Positions 62,781 to 64,000 of a DNA stretch of 64,000 nucleotides are shown here, in pieces. Position 1 is the stretch's first letter, and each line of letters opens with the position of its first letter. A program made the position numbers and the translations under genes. The notes below the pieces were generated by a model. The model saw only the letters and a list, made by a program, of their open reading frames with translations, did no database searches and was not told the DNA's origin. The stretch comes from Nitrospirota bacterium. GTDB lineage: Bacteria > Nitrospirota > Nitrospiria > JACQBZ01. The DNA lies in the NCBI GenBank assembly GCA_016201865.1, contig JACQCA010000012.1, positions 4,447 to 68,446 on the forward strand, read 5' to 3'.

Positions 62781-63650
62781 TCATTTCTGGTGACATGTCA
62801 AGCATAAAGCGCTGAATCGGTTCGATGCCCGTAAAAACGGATCCCGCCCTTCAATATTCTTTTCATCCGGATTATGGGGATCATGACAGGATGCGCACTG
62901 AACCTTGTCGTCATCAAACGTCTGAACTCCGTTCGGAAAGGTGCGACCCCCATCCTCCTTCGCGATGGGAGGCTGGTTAAAGGCCGAGTCTTTGCTGAAT
63001 GTCGGGTAAGTGATCGAGATGGGGTGATCGTCTTTGAGGTTCTTGGTCAAGTATCGGATCGTCGCATCGTGGGCGCCGCTCAATCCCGCGTAGGCCCCCC
63101 GTTGCCGGTTATGGCATTTTCCGCAACTGTCCGAACCGACCGCTCCCTCCGGACTCATACGATAGTGAACACCGGAATCAAACCAGTCATGAAATTTTGG
63201 TTTGTTGATCACGGCATCCACCGCCACCGATCCATCGTGACAGGACAAACAGCCCAAGGAAATGCCGTCCGGCGCATGGGGCGCGGCCGAATCGAAGTTG
63301 GGGCTGGAATACATCTGGTAGCCGTTGCCGTTCAGATCCGGAAGTTGGCGGTTCCAGAGGGGGGCCATCGTACTCGCCTTATGGGGTGTGTGACAATAGA
63401 CGCAGGTTTCCCGGTAGTCGTTGAAGGAGCCGCCGGTCATCGGACCGGTCTCGCTGCCGTAACCTCTCATATTCAACGCAGACAGATCATGCCGGGAACC
63501 GATGACGGATCCGCCCATAGAGGAAATCGCTGCTACAAACAGCCCTCCACCCACAACAACGGCCGATGCGACAAACCGAGAGATCTTCACGGCCCCCTCC
63601 TCTGATTCTCCCTTATTTATGATGATAGAAGAAGAACGGTGATCGGTCAA
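62781..63650 (-). CDS. pentaheme c-type cytochrome, secreted (289 aa), first gene of the cluster
   Basis: CVYCHTPH, CLSCHDG, CGKCHNRQ, CASCHDPH, CLTCHQK, APLWNRQL, LKDDHPISITYP. Signal FVASAVVVGGGLFVAAISSMGG. Confidence 0.85.
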   Translation of the reverse strand: MTDHRSSSIIINKGESEEGAVKISRFVASAVVVGGGLFVAAISSMGGSVIGSRHDLSALNMRGYGSETGPMTGGSFNDYRETCVYCHTPHKASTMAPLWNRQLPDLNGNGYQMYSSPNFDSAAPHAPDGISLGCLSCHDGSVAVDAVINKPKFHDWFDSGVHYRMSPEGAVGSDSCGKCHNRQRGAYAGLSGAHDATIRYLTKNLKDDHPISITYPTFSKDSAFNQPPIAKEDGGRTFPNGVQTFDDDKVQCASCHDPHNPDEKNIEGRDPFLRASNRFSALCLTCHQK

Positions 63651-63897
63651 GGGAAGTATGGATAAATCTCTTCACATGGTTACCAGTCCCTCATCAGGCA
63701 ATTGCAATGACCTATATCATATATCATAGGAGAGAAAACGATACAGAATTTATCAGAATCTGTCAAGAAAAAAGACCGCACAATCCTGTGGTATGTCTTT
63801 TGTTTGTAGCGGATGAAATACCCGCCTGTGAAAAATACAACCCCTGCGAACTTTAAGCATGGAACACACCACAAATTTTATTATGAAGTTGGAGGCG
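63651..63897 (-). promoter_or_regulatory. AT-rich upstream region of the cytochrome/NHL/porin cluster (probable promoter region)
   Basis: Markedly lower GC than the rest of the window. A possible -35 TTGACA on the minus strand is at about 63761-63766, with a weak -10 (TATCGT) 17 nt downstream. Direct repeat atatcatatatcat. The track ORF 63680..63874 lies here and is probably spurious. Confidence 0.3.
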
Positions 63898-64000
63898 TTA
63901 CTGCGGGGAAAACCCTTCCAATTTGCTGATGCCTTTTAACGTGCCAAACCATTTAAATCCAAGAGGATCCGTAACCACGGTGAAGACCCCGTCATCCACC
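63898..64000 (-). CDS. 3-prime end of a minus-strand CDS entering from beyond the window end; product unknown
   Basis: Open frame on the minus strand ending in a TAA at about 63898-63900: ...VDDGVFTVVTDPLGFKWFGTLKGISKLEGFSPQ*. Only about 34 codons are visible; codon usage is GC-rich, as in the neighbours. Confidence 0.3.
   Translation of the reverse strand, partial: VDDGVFTVVTDPLGFKWFGTLKGISKLEGFSPQ

Noticed and set aside
63680-63874. 64-aa minus-strand ORF in the AT-rich region upstream of the cytochrome cluster
   Set aside because: Low-complexity Phe/Tyr/Ile-rich translation of AT-rich promoter DNA. Its codon usage is unlike all neighbours. Likely non-coding.
1-64000. CRISPR array, tRNA/rRNA, transposase/integrase/phage genes
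   Set aside because: The repeated DNA I saw is explained by protein-level repeats (propeller blades, FN3-like units) with variable spacing. I found no short direct repeats with unique spacers, no cloverleaf-like GC-rich 75-nt segments in intergenic gaps (the gaps are tiny), and no DDE/integrase-like ORFs.

Overview
GC-rich bacterial chromosomal segment from a diderm organism, judged from lipobox signal peptides, a large predicted beta-barrel outer-membrane protein and a SurA-like chaperone. Every credible gene is on the minus strand. I saw no rRNA, tRNA, CRISPR array, transposase or integrase. The window falls into three blocks. Block A (1 to ~36.5 kb) is a co-directional array of about 30 secreted or lipoprotein beta-propeller proteins: 2 NHL, 4 BNR/Ycf48-like, 4 YVTN, about 15 TolB-like PD40 paralogs, a cupredoxin-like protein, a Kelch-like repeat lipoprotein, and three tandem non-catalytic FGE-fold paralogs. 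Block B (36.5 to 53.5 kb) holds a 1104-aa c-type cytochrome with 11 CXXCH plus 1 CXXXCH motif. Directly upstream of it is a giant surface-protein gene (52858 down to 39924, roughly 4300 aa if contiguous) built from about 20 FN3-like ~105-135 aa repeats with an invariant SYGTSYHWxxRAxD signature, 4-5 LamG (concanavalin-like) domains and a signal peptide. It is currently broken into three overlapping ORFs by a perfect tandem duplication with an associated small duplication and deletion at ~47.99-48.66 kb. A small lipoprotein gene sits upstream and a sigma70-like promoter precedes it. Block C (53.6 to 63.65 kb) is NHL propeller, 655-aa predicted beta-barrel OMP, SurA-like parvulin PPIase, three paralogous tetraheme cytochromes, NHL propeller, pentaheme cytochrome. 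It has an intrinsic terminator, a thrice-repeated palindromic intergenic motif and an AT-rich upstream region; this is my candidate for a porin-cytochrome extracellular electron-transfer module of unusual composition. All long plus-strand ORFs in the track look like antisense shadows of the repeat-rich minus-strand genes. Position caveat: character counting by eye was unreliable in places (I found a 1-nt discrepancy against the ORF track near 47.9-48.8 kb). Hand-derived coordinates for promoters, hairpins and alternative starts are +/-2 nt; gene coordinates follow the ORF track.
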